From NCBI GenBank assembly GCA_963706575.1, contig CAVPNL010000004.1, forward strand, positions 1 to 64,000: a stretch of 64,000 nt of DNA, given 5' to 3'. Origin of the DNA: an uncultured delta proteobacterium. GTDB taxonomy: Bacteria > Desulfobacterota > Desulfobacteria > Desulfobacterales > JAHEIW01. Shown here in pieces: positions 20,887-31,178 of this stretch; within the stretch, counting starts at the first letter, position 1, and every line of letters starts with the position of its first letter. Both the position numbers and the translations under genes were made by a program. Below the pieces are notes generated by a model that was not told the DNA's origin, did no database searches, and was given only the letters and a program-made list of their open reading frames with translations.

Positions 20887-21921
20887 TTACGCCCCCTTGA
20901 CAATTGTGGTGCAAATGCTTCCGGTGCGCAACGGTTTTGCAACCGAAGATGGTTGCCCCGCCAGCTTTACCGTTTTCCCTTTATAAATCGGGCAGTATTC
21001 ATCGGGATCTTCCAAATATCCGCGCAGCTTTCGCCTGGCTGCGCATCCTCCGCCGCAATTGCCTACATGCTCGCAGTTTAGGCAAAATTTAGGCGTGTAA
21101 TGGGTGGTTTGAAACTGGGGTGATTCAAAAATAGCTTCCTTTTTTTCTACCAGGTCTTCAATGGTTAGATCCGAATCAGGCCAGTAAACACAGGCTTTCA
21201 ATTTTCCATGCGGTGTCACCCGCATGCTACGGCCGCCGCAGGGAGTGCCACTTAAACCGTTTAATCCCAAAAAAGTGTTCACCAGCGGCTCCGTAACAGA
21301 GATGATTTCACTCTGATCAAAGAGGATTTTGTATGCCTCCCAGTACTGCCCAAAACTGGGCAGAAATTCTTCGGTGTACACCGGCTGGTAGGCGTTGACA
21401 CGGAAATCTGCACCCAATGAGGCCGCCAGCCGGGCGATGCGGCCGAGATCTGTATAGTTAAGGTTCATCAGAACCGCCAGAATCGACACCCGGATTCCCA
21501 GCTGATGGCATCTTTCAATACCCGCCATCACTGTTTGCCAGTTTCCTTGTCCACGAAACTGGTCCTGTCGCTGCTGATCCGGAAAATCGACTGAAAACTC
21601 GACATCTTTAAAGAACCTGAGTTTCTCATCAGGAGTGATCGACAGCGTATAGCCGTTGGAGGCCAGGGTCATCTTAATATGACGGCTGTGCAGGTAGTCT
21701 AGAATTTGGAAATATTCCGGGTTTAAACCGTTTTCACCGGTGCCGAAACCGATGGAGCTGATCTCAAGGCTGTTGCATACTTTTTGAACATCGGCGAGTG
21801 TCAAATTGTAAATCCGCTTTTGATCTCGATAGCAATGCGCACAATGCAAATTGCAGTTGCTTGTCAGACCAATTCCCAGAGAAACCATTTGTCTGCTCCT
21901 ATCGGTCGGTGGTTGCTCCAA
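20887..21921 (-). CDS. Radical SAM / SPASM domain protein
   Basis: CNLHCAHCY, GTGE, CGG...G.LKAC, CLNCEHVGNCGGGC...DEYC; exact start uncertain. Confidence 0.9.
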   Translation of the reverse strand: MEQPPTDRSRQMVSLGIGLTSNCNLHCAHCYRDQKRIYNLTLADVQKVCNSLEISSIGFGTGENGLNPEYFQILDYLHSRHIKMTLASNGYTLSITPDEKLRFFKDVEFSVDFPDQQRQDQFRGQGNWQTVMAGIERCHQLGIRVSILAVLMNLNYTDLGRIARLAASLGADFRVNAYQPVYTEEFLPSFGQYWEAYKILFDQSEIISVTEPLVNTFLGLNGLSGTPCGGRSMRVTPHGKLKACVYWPDSDLTIEDLVEKKEAIFESPQFQTTHYTPKFCLNCEHVGNCGGGCAARRKLRGYLEDPDEYCPIYKGKTVKLAGQPSSVAKPLRTGSICTTIVKGA

Positions 21922-21942
21922 ATCAGTATAATTGGGTCCGGT

Positions 21943-22635
21943 TCAATAGGCCTTAAACAGGTATTTCAACGGTACAAAAAACATATAGTATGTGGCCAGG
22001 ATTGTGCCTCTAATTGTTCCGGTTACTTTGGATTTACCGATACGCCGGCGGTAGTTAACCGGCACGCTTTGAATCCTCAATCCCCTGCAGGCAGCTTTGA
22101 CCACCATCTCCACCGGCCATCCATATGTCATTTGTTCCATTTGCAGACCGAATAAAGTTTGAGATTTGATGGCGCGAAATGATCCGATATCGGTTATCTT
22201 TGCTCCGTAAAGCAGCCGCAATAATAACACGATAAAGCGGTTTCCCAGACGGCCGTGAAGTGGCATGGCGCCTTTTTCAATGATTCCTTTGATACGGCTG
22301 CCGATCACCAGATCCGCGCGGTCCCTCACGACAGGGCCGTACACGGCTTCCAACTGGCTTGGATCATCACTGCGATCACCGTCTAAAAATACAATGACGT
22401 CGGCGTCAGCGGCGGCCTTTGCGCCTGCCAGACATGCTGACCCGTATCCGGGTCGGGGCTCAAAAATCACACGGGCACCTGCTAAAGACGCTTGTTTAGC
22501 CGTACCATCGGTGGACCCGTTGTCGACAACGATGACTTCATGGACTCGCTCAGCGGGAACGGCACGGACCACTTCACCGATGGCCTGCGCTTCATTGAGA
22601 GTTGGAATGACAACAGATATTTTCACTTTACACAC
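21943..22635 (-). CDS. GT2 glycosyltransferase (polyprenol-phosphate glycosyltransferase/DPM-like)
   Basis: VVIPTLNE, VDNGSTD, GYGSA, FLDGD, VIGSR, TDIGSFRA. Confidence 0.9.
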   Translation of the reverse strand: MCKVKISVVIPTLNEAQAIGEVVRAVPAERVHEVIVVDNGSTDGTAKQASLAGARVIFEPRPGYGSACLAGAKAAADADVIVFLDGDRSDDPSQLEAVYGPVVRDRADLVIGSRIKGIIEKGAMPLHGRLGNRFIVLLLRLLYGAKITDIGSFRAIKSQTLFGLQMEQMTYGWPVEMVVKAACRGLRIQSVPVNYRRRIGKSKVTGTIRGTILATYYMFFVPLKYLFKAY

Positions 22636-24052
22636 TTTCGCCGGGTCTCCTGTGTCTTTTGCGGCTGAAATCCATGCCGAAAATTCTGCGCCGATGGATG
22701 TATTTTCTTAATATATACCCGGCTGTCAGAAGTGCAAACAGGGGCAGGTATTCGGCCAGCAGAACCCAAGCGGGCATAATTCCCTGGGGTGAAGTATATT
22801 TTAAATAGGACAGGGTCACGGTGAGTGAAAAAATCAGCCAGGCAGGGCTGGGATAAATTGTCAGAAAGGGTATAATCAAAATAACATACCAGGGGTGAAG
22901 CGAAGCCGGCATCAGGACCATCAACAATCCAGTTAAAATATAGGCATACCGGAAACCCTCAACGTCTTTTTTTTCTTTCAGGAAAACAATCACTCCGGCG
23001 ATTGCAAGCGCAATGATAAACAGCAAAGACAGCAGGTAGTAGTCCAGACCCGGGATCAGACGCATCAAAAGATATTTCAAGCCCAAGTTGAAACTTTCAT
23101 GCGGATTTTTCAGATAAACCGGCAAAAATCCGGATATTTTACCGCCCGCACCGCTAAAAGGCAGATAGAGCAACATTAGGGTTGCCGAAAACGCAATGAT
23201 ACCTTTAATTCTGTCTCCGCGATTCAAGAAGGCCGCAATCAGGAGGGCCGGATACATTTTGACCGCAGCCGATAGGGCCAGCATGATAATTGCCGGTATT
23301 TTTTTATAAATAGCGGATAAATAAAGGGCAGCTACCATCAAAAAAACGGTAAGCCCTTCGAGATGGCCGCTATAGGCGATTTCAAATATAACCAGCGGAT
23401 TCCAGGCATATACGATGATCCTCGATAAGTTTAATCCCCATGTTTTAAGCAAGGCGGCCAGCAGCAGCAGGGTCAATATATCAAAAAACACCATAAGACC
23501 TTTGTAACCGGTGACGCTGTCTCCCACCAGCATGTAAAAAATTCTGAAAGAGATCTGGGCTCCGGCCGGATAAAGAGTAGGATAATCTTTGCGGTTGATG
23601 TTCGGGAAAATCCGATCATCCCGCATGTGCTCCAATTCTAAAGCTCCCGGCGGGTAGCGGTAAGGGTTGATCCCGTTTTGTTGTACACGGCCATCCCAGA
23701 TATAGCGATACATGTCTTTGGACAGCACCGCCGGGTCCGGTGCGATCAGACCCAACCTGAAAATAATTGCCAAGAATATAATTAAGCCGGTCAACCGCCA
23801 GGGGTTTTTTTTCTCAGGTTTCATTTTTATAACCAAAAAGACGGCGGTCAAATAAAGTATGCTTAAAAACAGGAATACGACGACATAAAGCTGAATGCCC
23901 GATAACCCGGAAAATACAGGCACGAGGTCATAAATTTTGAAATGAATCCAATAGATCGCAGCAGAAAGGATTCCCAATCCCATGATAGCGGCAAAAACCG
24001 CGCGGGAGTTAAAGCTGTATTTTTGTTTATGATTGTGTCTTTCCATATCCAT
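22628..24052 (-). CDS. Polytopic GT-C-type glycosyltransferase (GT87/DUF2029-like mannosyltransferase)
   Basis: SKDMYRYIWDG, GINPY, YAWNPL, SGHLE, HPWY motifs in a multi-TM protein. Confidence 0.8.
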   Translation of the reverse strand: MDMERHNHKQKYSFNSRAVFAAIMGLGILSAAIYWIHFKIYDLVPVFSGLSGIQLYVVVFLFLSILYLTAVFLVIKMKPEKKNPWRLTGLIIFLAIIFRLGLIAPDPAVLSKDMYRYIWDGRVQQNGINPYRYPPGALELEHMRDDRIFPNINRKDYPTLYPAGAQISFRIFYMLVGDSVTGYKGLMVFFDILTLLLLAALLKTWGLNLSRIIVYAWNPLVIFEIAYSGHLEGLTVFLMVAALYLSAIYKKIPAIIMLALSAAVKMYPALLIAAFLNRGDRIKGIIAFSATLMLLYLPFSGAGGKISGFLPVYLKNPHESFNLGLKYLLMRLIPGLDYYLLSLLFIIALAIAGVIVFLKEKKDVEGFRYAYILTGLLMVLMPASLHPWYVILIIPFLTIYPSPAWLIFSLTVTLSYLKYTSPQGIMPAWVLLAEYLPLFALLTAGYILRKYIHRRRIFGMDFSRKRHRRPGESV

Positions 24053-25526
24053 GTTTTACTGAAAGAAAAAAGACGAAGAAAAAGCCTGAGGTGTAAATAA
24101 GCAGGAAGGGGCTGACAAGATATTTACTGAAAAAAAGAAACATCAGAAGCCCGGTCAACGAATAAACCCCTAAAAAAAATTCGAGTATCGATATGGCATT
24201 TAAAGGAATCGAATAGTGTTTTTCCTTCCAGCTGTCCCCCTGTTTTTTAATGCCGTATTTGGGGGTGCGGATAAAATCGCTTTTTATATTAAAAAGTGCT
24301 TCCAGGACGGCTTTGGTGTTGTTCACCGCAATTCCGGTCCCCAGACACATGAGAAACGGCAGAAATTTAATTCGGGTTTTCCAATCACGATAAAGAATTT
24401 TTTGAGAGAAAATATACATTGACGAGGGCCCAAATGTGGCCAGGCAAAGCAGGGTGAATATCATGATCGGAAAAGAAAGATTGTCAAAAAACCGCTGGGA
24501 GTAAAGCATCGGAATGGATGTCAGCACCACCAGCAGCATCATCGGATGAACCATGTAGTGGGTCAGGTGCAAGAAGGCCTGGATTTTAACCAGGAGCGAA
24601 ACATCGGATTTGAAAAGCTTGCCGAGGTTTTTTTTAGCGGTCTGGATTGACCCCTTGGCCCATCGGTGTTGCTGGGATTTAAAGGCATTGATGGTCACCG
24701 GCACCTCCGCCGGGCAGACCACATCGGTTACAAATTTTAATTTCCAGCCTTTAAGCTGGGCGCGGTAGCTCAAATCAAGATCTTCAGTGAGGGTGTCGGC
24801 CTGCCAGCCGCCGGCATCTTCGATGGTTTTTTTACGCCATATGCCTGCCGTACCGTTAAAATTCATAAAGAAGCCGCTCCAGGCCCGTGCTGCCTGCTCA
24901 ACCCCGAAATGACCGTCGATTCCAATTGATTGGGCTCTGGTCAGCAGAGAATAGTCGCTGTTGATATGCCCCCAGCGGGTTTGCAGCATACCGATTTGGG
25001 GGTTAGTGAAGTGCGGAACCGTCTCCTTTAAAAATTCCGGGTTGGGAACAAAATCGGCATCAAAGATTGCTACAAGTTCACCTTTAGCCGTTTTGAGGCC
25101 CTCTCGCAAGGCACCCGCTTTGAAACCGGTGCGATAATCACGGTGGATATATTGAATATCGAAGCCGCGGCCTTTCATGTGCTTGGCCATGGCTTTTGCG
25201 ATATCGATGGTGTCATCGGTGGAGTCATCCAGAATCTGGATTTCGAACAGGTCTTTGGGGTAATCAAACCGGCAAACCGATTCGATCAATCGTTCAACCA
25301 CATAGCGTTCATTGAAAATCGGCAGTTGGATGGTGACCCGCGGCCAATTTTTGATGGGATAATTCTGGTAAAAATTTTTTTTTATCTTTATATCCCGGCT
25401 AAGCGCGCGGGGACGTCTCAGGCGATAAAATATCATGAGCAAATAGCAGTTCATACCGTATGTAAACAGCGATAGCAGTGCAAACAAATATATGACCAGC
25501 CATATGCTTTGAATCGATTCCGTCAT
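24027..25526 (-). CDS. Processive GT2 glycosyltransferase (cellulose/mannan synthase-like)
   Basis: QLPIFNE, DDSTD, KAGAL, FDAD, TEDLDL, QQHRW (D,D,D,QxxRW) plus TM helices. Confidence 0.92.
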   Translation of the reverse strand: MTESIQSIWLVIYLFALLSLFTYGMNCYLLMIFYRLRRPRALSRDIKIKKNFYQNYPIKNWPRVTIQLPIFNERYVVERLIESVCRFDYPKDLFEIQILDDSTDDTIDIAKAMAKHMKGRGFDIQYIHRDYRTGFKAGALREGLKTAKGELVAIFDADFVPNPEFLKETVPHFTNPQIGMLQTRWGHINSDYSLLTRAQSIGIDGHFGVEQAARAWSGFFMNFNGTAGIWRKKTIEDAGGWQADTLTEDLDLSYRAQLKGWKLKFVTDVVCPAEVPVTINAFKSQQHRWAKGSIQTAKKNLGKLFKSDVSLLVKIQAFLHLTHYMVHPMMLLVVLTSIPMLYSQRFFDNLSFPIMIFTLLCLATFGPSSMYIFSQKILYRDWKTRIKFLPFLMCLGTGIAVNNTKAVLEALFNIKSDFIRTPKYGIKKQGDSWKEKHYSIPLNAISILEFFLGVYSLTGLLMFLFFSKYLVSPFLLIYTSGFFFVFFLSVKHGYGKTQS

Positions 25527-25582
25527 GATTCAACCGGAAATTTTATATTCAGTTGTTTGACGACATGTCGTTGAAATTATTG

Positions 25583-26319
25583 CTATAAGCGCTTTAGTTG
25601 GCGAGCGATGATCGTTATCATTTCATTATCAGTATCTATGTTTTCAATTTTAAAACCGGCTTTTAGCAAACAATCATGCATCCACTGCGGCGAGATACGC
25701 AGCTTTCGGAAGTAGCTTTTTTTATCACCCAATGGTCTCCGGCTTTTTCATGAATAATGTCGTGCACTTTCACATGATTTTTTTCGTATTCCAGAAAACA
25801 GGTAAAAATTTTTTTTGAACCACTTCGCACCGGAATAAAACGCTCCAGGTTCTTTAATTCAGTCGTCAGGTCTCTGAAGCTTAGAATCAGATAGCCATCA
25901 TCTTCTAAAGCCCGACACGCATCTTCAAGCAAAATTTGAACTTCATCCAGGGTCTGGAGATGGGTAATTGTATCTCCCATACAAACGATGAGTTCAATAT
26001 TTCGAGGGATGTGTTCGGTAAAGTTCAACAGGTTGTCTTCAATCGTTACAATAGACAATCCCTCGGCGTGTGATTTAAGTTCGGTGAGTAAGTCATGGCT
26101 CAAATCAATCGCAATGACCTTAAATCCGGATTGAGACAGCGGTATTGACTGAAATCCGGAGCCGGCGCCCAAATCCACCGCGACCCCCGATAACGCCGGA
26201 CGTATACCGTGTGATTGAAAAAAATTTTGGTTTTCCTCAAATTTCAAATCGCATCCGCCGCATATCCATGAATAATAGGGGGCAAGCAATTTATCATAGT
26301 GCTCTTTTACGCTGGCCAT
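25583..26319 (-). CDS. Class I SAM-dependent methyltransferase, apparent frameshift in an A-run near the 3' end
   Basis: VDLGAGSG, CMGDTITHL; adding one A to the A7 run (25717-25723) gives KKSYFRKLRIS...LLKAGF...TAG at 25583. Confidence 0.8.
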
Positions 26320-26476
26320 ACCCCTCCCTTATTTTATCGTCGGTTTTTTCTTAGATTCTTTATAATCACCTGGGTTTTAGAGTTCAAGCCCAAATGATGA
26401 ATGCATCATCCGAGGCTAATTGCTTTTGAATTCGCGCGCAAATACTGTTCAAGCTTTTTAATCATGATTGGTGCCA

Positions 26477-27367
26477 TTATTGAATTAGGACAGGTTCTTT
26501 TTCCGCATCCGGTCTGTCTGTTGCCTGCTCAATCTTTGAATGTCGGGTCTCGAAAATCGTTTGCGTCCATAACGTCTTGTAATTAAACTCTCTGCCTTCT
26601 ATGATGTTGAATTTGATGATCTGAAAATTGGGGCTAACGTCAAAATGTTTTGGCATGATCTGCGAGTAATGACGCATGATCAGTGACGCCCCATATGGAT
26701 TGTGCTGTTGATTCGATGCATCCGCCGGAATCGGGCCCAACGCGGGTATAATCGGGTAGCCGACACGCTGAAAGGCTTTGGCGATCATACCGGAGCATAT
26801 CACTTGAAACTCGTTGCAGTTTCCCAAACAGGCATGGATGGTCCGCTTTTTAAAGGGATTCATGAAAGGCGGCAGGAGCAAGAGGCCCAGGTCGATGATA
26901 TTGCGGTGATCATACTGTTTGCCGAGATTGCCGATGACCTCTGAAACCACCGAATCAATGTCCGGCGGGAGGATGCCGTGGGGCCTGCAAACCCGGATGT
27001 TATAATCCTGATATTTTCGAATGGGTGCAGCCGTTACGCCGCTGCCGGTAAACGCTTCCACGATCATGTGATGGGCGTCATCATTTCCGAACTGTTTCAT
27101 TATATCTTCCTTATCAATACCTCCAATTTTCAAAAGTGCATCACCGACGTAAAGGGCGGAATGGCTCCAGGAGCTTTGGGTAAATAAATTGATCATTCGG
27201 CTGATTTTCGAATCGCCTTCAACCAGGATGACATCTCCTTTTCGAATGACGCCGTAGAGGCTGTCCATGTTGTTGATCATGGTCTTCTCGTAATTTCTCC
27301 CTTGTGCCTCAAGGCGTCTGAATACACTGTGTCTCATATGAAAGGTGAGTTTTTTGATTGTTTTCAT
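26477..27367 (-). CDS. Permuted papain-like NlpC/P60 enzyme (YiiX/YebB-like)
   Basis: GDVILV, SSWSHSALYVG, GKQYD, ICSGMIA (His before Cys); start set at ATG 27367. Confidence 0.85.
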   Translation of the reverse strand: MKTIKKLTFHMRHSVFRRLEAQGRNYEKTMINNMDSLYGVIRKGDVILVEGDSKISRMINLFTQSSWSHSALYVGDALLKIGGIDKEDIMKQFGNDDAHHMIVEAFTGSGVTAAPIRKYQDYNIRVCRPHGILPPDIDSVVSEVIGNLGKQYDHRNIIDLGLLLLPPFMNPFKKRTIHACLGNCNEFQVICSGMIAKAFQRVGYPIIPALGPIPADASNQQHNPYGASLIMRHYSQIMPKHFDVSPNFQIIKFNIIEGREFNYKTLWTQTIFETRHSKIEQATDRPDAEKEPVLIQ

Positions 27368-27718
27368 GTTTAGATACTCTCGGGATTCATTTGAGCGTCG
27401 CAAAAGATTCTGTCTATCAAGTTTTCGTTCAGTCTTTTTTCGCGAGACGGCAAAAAGTGAAAATTTAATTTGGTTACTTGTTTGGCCTTTTCCGATGCTT
27501 AGGCGTTAGCCTTGAAGTTCCATCATTCTATCGGATAGTCGTTTTAGCCGGTCAGATATTACAATATTTTCTTCATAACAGACCTTTAAATTGGGTCATC
27601 TGGACATTCGGATTTAGCCTGGATTTTTCAGCTATGCGACAAAACTTTTTCAGAATGCCCAGTCCGGCGTTGTAGGCGGCAACTCACATGTGAGCTATCT
27701 TGCGCACTAACGAAGAAT

Positions 27719-27940
27719 TCAAACAGTCTTATCCGTTTGACTTTTTTTTGGGGTGTTATTCCTTTGATGGTATTCTCGAAGAATATCTTTGCGACAGGCC
27801 AACATTACAACACAAACGACAGTTATCATGCTGCCCAAACCGGCCAAAAGGCTTCCGTAAGACAGGGCAACAATCATTCCCAGAGGCAATCCTAATACGG
27901 CCACGATCCCGCAAGTCCAATTTAGAATCGGGCTTCTCAT
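27719..27940 (-). CDS. Small two-TM hypothetical protein
   Basis: 73 aa, two hydrophobic segments, AAGGA upstream, 12 nt after the preceding stop. Confidence 0.5.
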   Translation of the reverse strand: MRSPILNWTCGIVAVLGLPLGMIVALSYGSLLAGLGSMITVVCVVMLACRKDILREYHQRNNTPKKSQTDKTV

Positions 27941-27952
27941 CGCCTTGTTCCT

Positions 27953-28672
27953 TTATTTTGATATTCCTAAAAAGGCTTCCAGTTGAATGACGCCCAAAAA
28001 AGCCAGCAAAGGCACCGGCGATACCGCCAGAATAATAGTCAGCAAAAACCTTTTCCATGAGATGCGGCGATTAATCCCACAGGCCAAAGAAATTCCGCCA
28101 CCGCCGCCGATCAGGTAATTTCCGGGCATATTGAATAAAACGGCTATCGTCAGATAGCGATACTTTGTCAAAAAAGACCAGAAGCGGTTTTGGCAGAACT
28201 TAGAGTTACGGGATACGTTGTCAAGCATGCCATCGATCTCATCGTCAGGGTTATCACAGTTTTGGCTAAATCCCAGTTTTTGCAGGCGAGATTCCACCCA
28301 TTCTTTCGGCAGTAAACGGCCGATTAAAAATGCCAGGCTTAAACCGGCAACGGTGGCCAAATACACAAAAACAATTCCCTCTTTTCCAAAAACGCACATC
28401 AGCAACACACCCAGCTCGACGCCGGGCACAAAGGGCAGGCTCAACAGCAAGACATAAAGAAACCCACCCCCGATTAAGACGCTGATACTCCACCGACCTC
28501 CCATGAATTGATTAAATTTATGGGCGATCCCCATTTCCCCTCTCAGCCAATAATCCAGCCAGACAGCCAGGACTATCAAAAAGGCCGCAATAAAGAAAAT
28601 GCGAAAAAAAAATCTCAGCCTGCTTATGCTATGCGGCGGGTTAAATCTTCGTGTGCAGCTGTCAGAGTTCAT
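27953..28672 (-). CDS. Membrane protein, TVP38/TMEM64 (VTT/DedA)-like
   Basis: YVLLLSLPFVPG, GLSLAFLIGR, multiple TM segments. Confidence 0.65.
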   Translation of the reverse strand: MNSDSCTRRFNPPHSISRLRFFFRIFFIAAFLIVLAVWLDYWLRGEMGIAHKFNQFMGGRWSISVLIGGGFLYVLLLSLPFVPGVELGVLLMCVFGKEGIVFVYLATVAGLSLAFLIGRLLPKEWVESRLQKLGFSQNCDNPDDEIDGMLDNVSRNSKFCQNRFWSFLTKYRYLTIAVLFNMPGNYLIGGGGGISLACGINRRISWKRFLLTIILAVSPVPLLAFLGVIQLEAFLGISK

Positions 28673-28997
28673 ATTCGAATCATTTTAACGGGTTAACGTT
28701 TTCTATGCCAGAATCTGTACAGCAAGATGTATCGCTTCAAAAAGGAAAAAATCCAATGGGATAAGGATGGCTCAGTTCAAAGTTAAACGCAGAAGGTCTT
28801 TTTTAAATGCCACAGTGTGGTATATTATGTCAAGAATTATTCCAGGTTTTTGGAATAACTCAACCTTTTGTAAAATTTTGATATATTGAGATAACAAAGT
28901 TTCCGGGATGGACTTCGTGCCTATATTTTCACTTTACAAAAATTTTAGAATACATTCGGCAATCAAATGATTTTTTTTGATAATCCATTGAAATCAT

Positions 28998-29030
28998 AAA
29001 AAAGGGATTACAGATTGAACTGTAACCCCT
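28998..29030 (-). terminator. Intrinsic terminator after the GcvH-like pair
   Basis: GGGATTACAG-ATTGAA-CTGTAACCC hairpin followed by a T-run on the minus strand. Confidence 0.6.
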
Positions 29031-29091
29031 ATGTTTTGATCACGAATCTTTCGCCCAATCACCGGAAGAAAGACCCAATAGCTGAAAAGAT

Positions 29092-30021
29092 TTAAGTTCT
29101 AAGGAATTCCCGGGTCAGTTTTTGCCAGCCGATCTGGGGCAGATTGCCGAATATGTCATTACTTAGATAGCCGCCGTCGGTGGCCAGCGGGCCGGCGGCT
29201 TCCTCGATCACTTCATAAAGGCGATCGACTTCTTCGTCAATATATTCACCGGCCTGTTCACCGATCATCAAGTTTTTGAGGTCCTGACGAAGGTTGGCAC
29301 AGTGCAACCGCAAGATCCAGCCTTCGCTGTAAGGATCTTCATTGCCCCGGCTGCCGCGTTCGCGCAGTTCCGGATTAATATCGGTTACCACTCCGCTGAC
29401 CGGGGAAAGCAACTTGGCTTCGTTTTCTTCCCGGCGCAAGGCTATGTCTTGCCGGCCCTGTTCCAGCTGTTTGCCCATCAGAGGGGCCTGAATTTGATCC
29501 AGCGGCCCCAGCAGGCGCAAGGCAAAATCGTCCAGGCCGACGCGAACCGTCGACCCTTCCTCGATTTTAACCCAGGCGTGTCCCGGGTGCAGGTAAAATC
29601 CCTGCGGAATTTTAAATCCTTTGATATCCAGGACATCCACTGGCTGAACCACGGCGTGAACGGCAAACTGATCACTGAAATATTGATCGAATTCGCAATT
29701 GGCGCACTGGTAGTCATGGGTGCAGCTGCGGAACTCAATGTGGCCGATCATATGATGCAGGCATGGCTGCTTCCAGGCCGGCAGCTCACGCAATTTGTCC
29801 TTCCAGAAAACAATCCGGCCGCGCTTTCCCGCGGGAATTTTGCCTTTTTCTCTGAGTTGCTGGTTTTCAGTTGCGACTTGTCGCATGGCACGATCGTAGG
29901 CACAGACCGCACACTGATAATCGATCCGGCAAAACTTTTTGTGAACCACGCCCGCCTGCATCCAGATGCATGGGGGATGGTTTAGGGACTGTTTATTTTC
30001 TTTTCGGATGGAGATCATCAT
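29092..30021 (-). CDS. GcvH-like protein with two N-terminal Cys-rich repeats
   Basis: CIWMQAGVV..C..DY.C..C and a second C..C..DY.C..C.FD repeat; HAWV, VRVGLDDFA, SPVSG, DPY.EGW. Confidence 0.85.
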   Translation of the reverse strand: MMISIRKENKQSLNHPPCIWMQAGVVHKKFCRIDYQCAVCAYDRAMRQVATENQQLREKGKIPAGKRGRIVFWKDKLRELPAWKQPCLHHMIGHIEFRSCTHDYQCANCEFDQYFSDQFAVHAVVQPVDVLDIKGFKIPQGFYLHPGHAWVKIEEGSTVRVGLDDFALRLLGPLDQIQAPLMGKQLEQGRQDIALRREENEAKLLSPVSGVVTDINPELRERGSRGNEDPYSEGWILRLHCANLRQDLKNLMIGEQAGEYIDEEVDRLYEVIEEAAGPLATDGGYLSNDIFGNLPQIGWQKLTREFLRT

Positions 30022-30045
30022 TGTTCTCCCTGCCAGAGACAAGCA

Positions 30046-30126
30046 GTTATTGGTTAATAGTTATTTGTTATTAAAAGCGAAGCCTTTGACAGTCCATCAA
30101 TTACCAATAGCGGATAACAAATAACT
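30046..30126. repeat. Inverted pair of 7-mer tandem repeats (GTTATTG/CAATAAC-type)
   Basis: gttattg gttaata gttattt gttatt ... ttaccaatagc ggataacaaataac. Confidence 0.6.
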
Positions 30127-30129
30127 ACG

Positions 30130-31128
30130 CTAGGTTTTGAGAAACTTTTGAGTTAAATTCTTCCAGCCCAGATCCGGCAGATTCCCGTAAATGTCATCAG
30201 CCAGATAGCCGCCATCGGCCGCCAGGGGGCCGGCGACTTCCTCGATCATCGTTTCCAGATGGCTGACTTCCGTATTGATCCAGCTCAGGCTGTCTTGATC
30301 CACCATCAAGCTTTTCATGGTGCCTTTAACATCCGGCGTGCGGACCATAAAGAGCCACCCGTCACCGTATGGTTCACCGTTGGCCAGCTTCGGATTTTCC
30401 CTGACTGTTGAATTGACTTCCATGATGACACCATCAACCGGCGAAAGTACGTCGGCCAGGTTATCTTTACGCTTCAGCCCCCAGCCCGCTTTGTTCTGGT
30501 CCAGTTCTTTACCGATCAACGGCAAATCGAGGGCATCGGCTTCTCCCAGCACTTTCAGCGCAAAGTCATCCAATCCCACCCGGATATAACCGCCGCTTTC
30601 GATTCTGGCCCAGGCGTGTCCATTATGGAAATAGTATCCCATGGGCACATCGAAACCTTTAACCTGCAGCATTTCAGCAGGAAAAGCTTTGGTTTTGGTG
30701 GTCCAGACATCTTCAAAATACTGATCAAAGTCACATTTGCCGCATTCATAGTCATAGGCGCACATTCGTTTTTCAATCCGCGCGGTAAGGCTGTGGCGGC
30801 AGACCCGATCCAGATCCGGCCGTCTCTTCATCGCTTCCTGCCAGCTGATCTGTTTGCCTTTGGCGACTTTCTGATCCATGGCATGATCATATTTACAACT
30901 GATGCAATCATAAAAATTGTCACAACTTTTAAATTTTACGACACCCGCTTGCATCCAAAGACAGGGAGTTGTTGCTTTGGCTTTCTTGTCCGGTTTAACC
31001 AGCCACGTCTGACCGCCGAGAACAGATTCGATCCCCTGCTGCGCTTTGCCGTCACCCGCTTTGCCTTTTTGGTAAGTCGATCCAAATCCCACCTGACTCC
31101 GCTGTGCCTTTTTCTTCTTTTCAGCCAT
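30130..31128 (-). CDS. GcvH-like protein with two N-terminal Cys-rich repeats (paralog)
   Basis: CLWMQAGVV, CRHSL..C..DYEC..CDFD; HAWA, VGLDDFA, SPVDG, EPYGDGW; AAAGGAG RBS before ATG 31128. Confidence 0.85.
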   Translation of the reverse strand: MAEKKKKAQRSQVGFGSTYQKGKAGDGKAQQGIESVLGGQTWLVKPDKKAKATTPCLWMQAGVVKFKSCDNFYDCISCKYDHAMDQKVAKGKQISWQEAMKRRPDLDRVCRHSLTARIEKRMCAYDYECGKCDFDQYFEDVWTTKTKAFPAEMLQVKGFDVPMGYYFHNGHAWARIESGGYIRVGLDDFALKVLGEADALDLPLIGKELDQNKAGWGLKRKDNLADVLSPVDGVIMEVNSTVRENPKLANGEPYGDGWLFMVRTPDVKGTMKSLMVDQDSLSWINTEVSHLETMIEEVAGPLAADGGYLADDIYGNLPDLGWKNLTQKFLKT

Positions 31129-31178
31129 TTCTCTTACTCCTTTTCTATGATTTATTTCATTTTTGATCCCCTTATAGA

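Noticed and set aside
25717..25723. Programmed frameshift or phase variation in the methyltransferase A-run
   Set aside because: A single homopolymer deletion is the commonest long-read error; no stimulatory structure is evident
25583..26319. Methyltransferase as ArsM (arsenite methyltransferase)
   Set aside because: I do not see the ArsM Cys pattern or GCGxP motif; only a generic class I fold is supported
29092..31128. Functional glycine cleavage system
   Set aside because: No lipoylation motif, and no gcvT/P/L in the window
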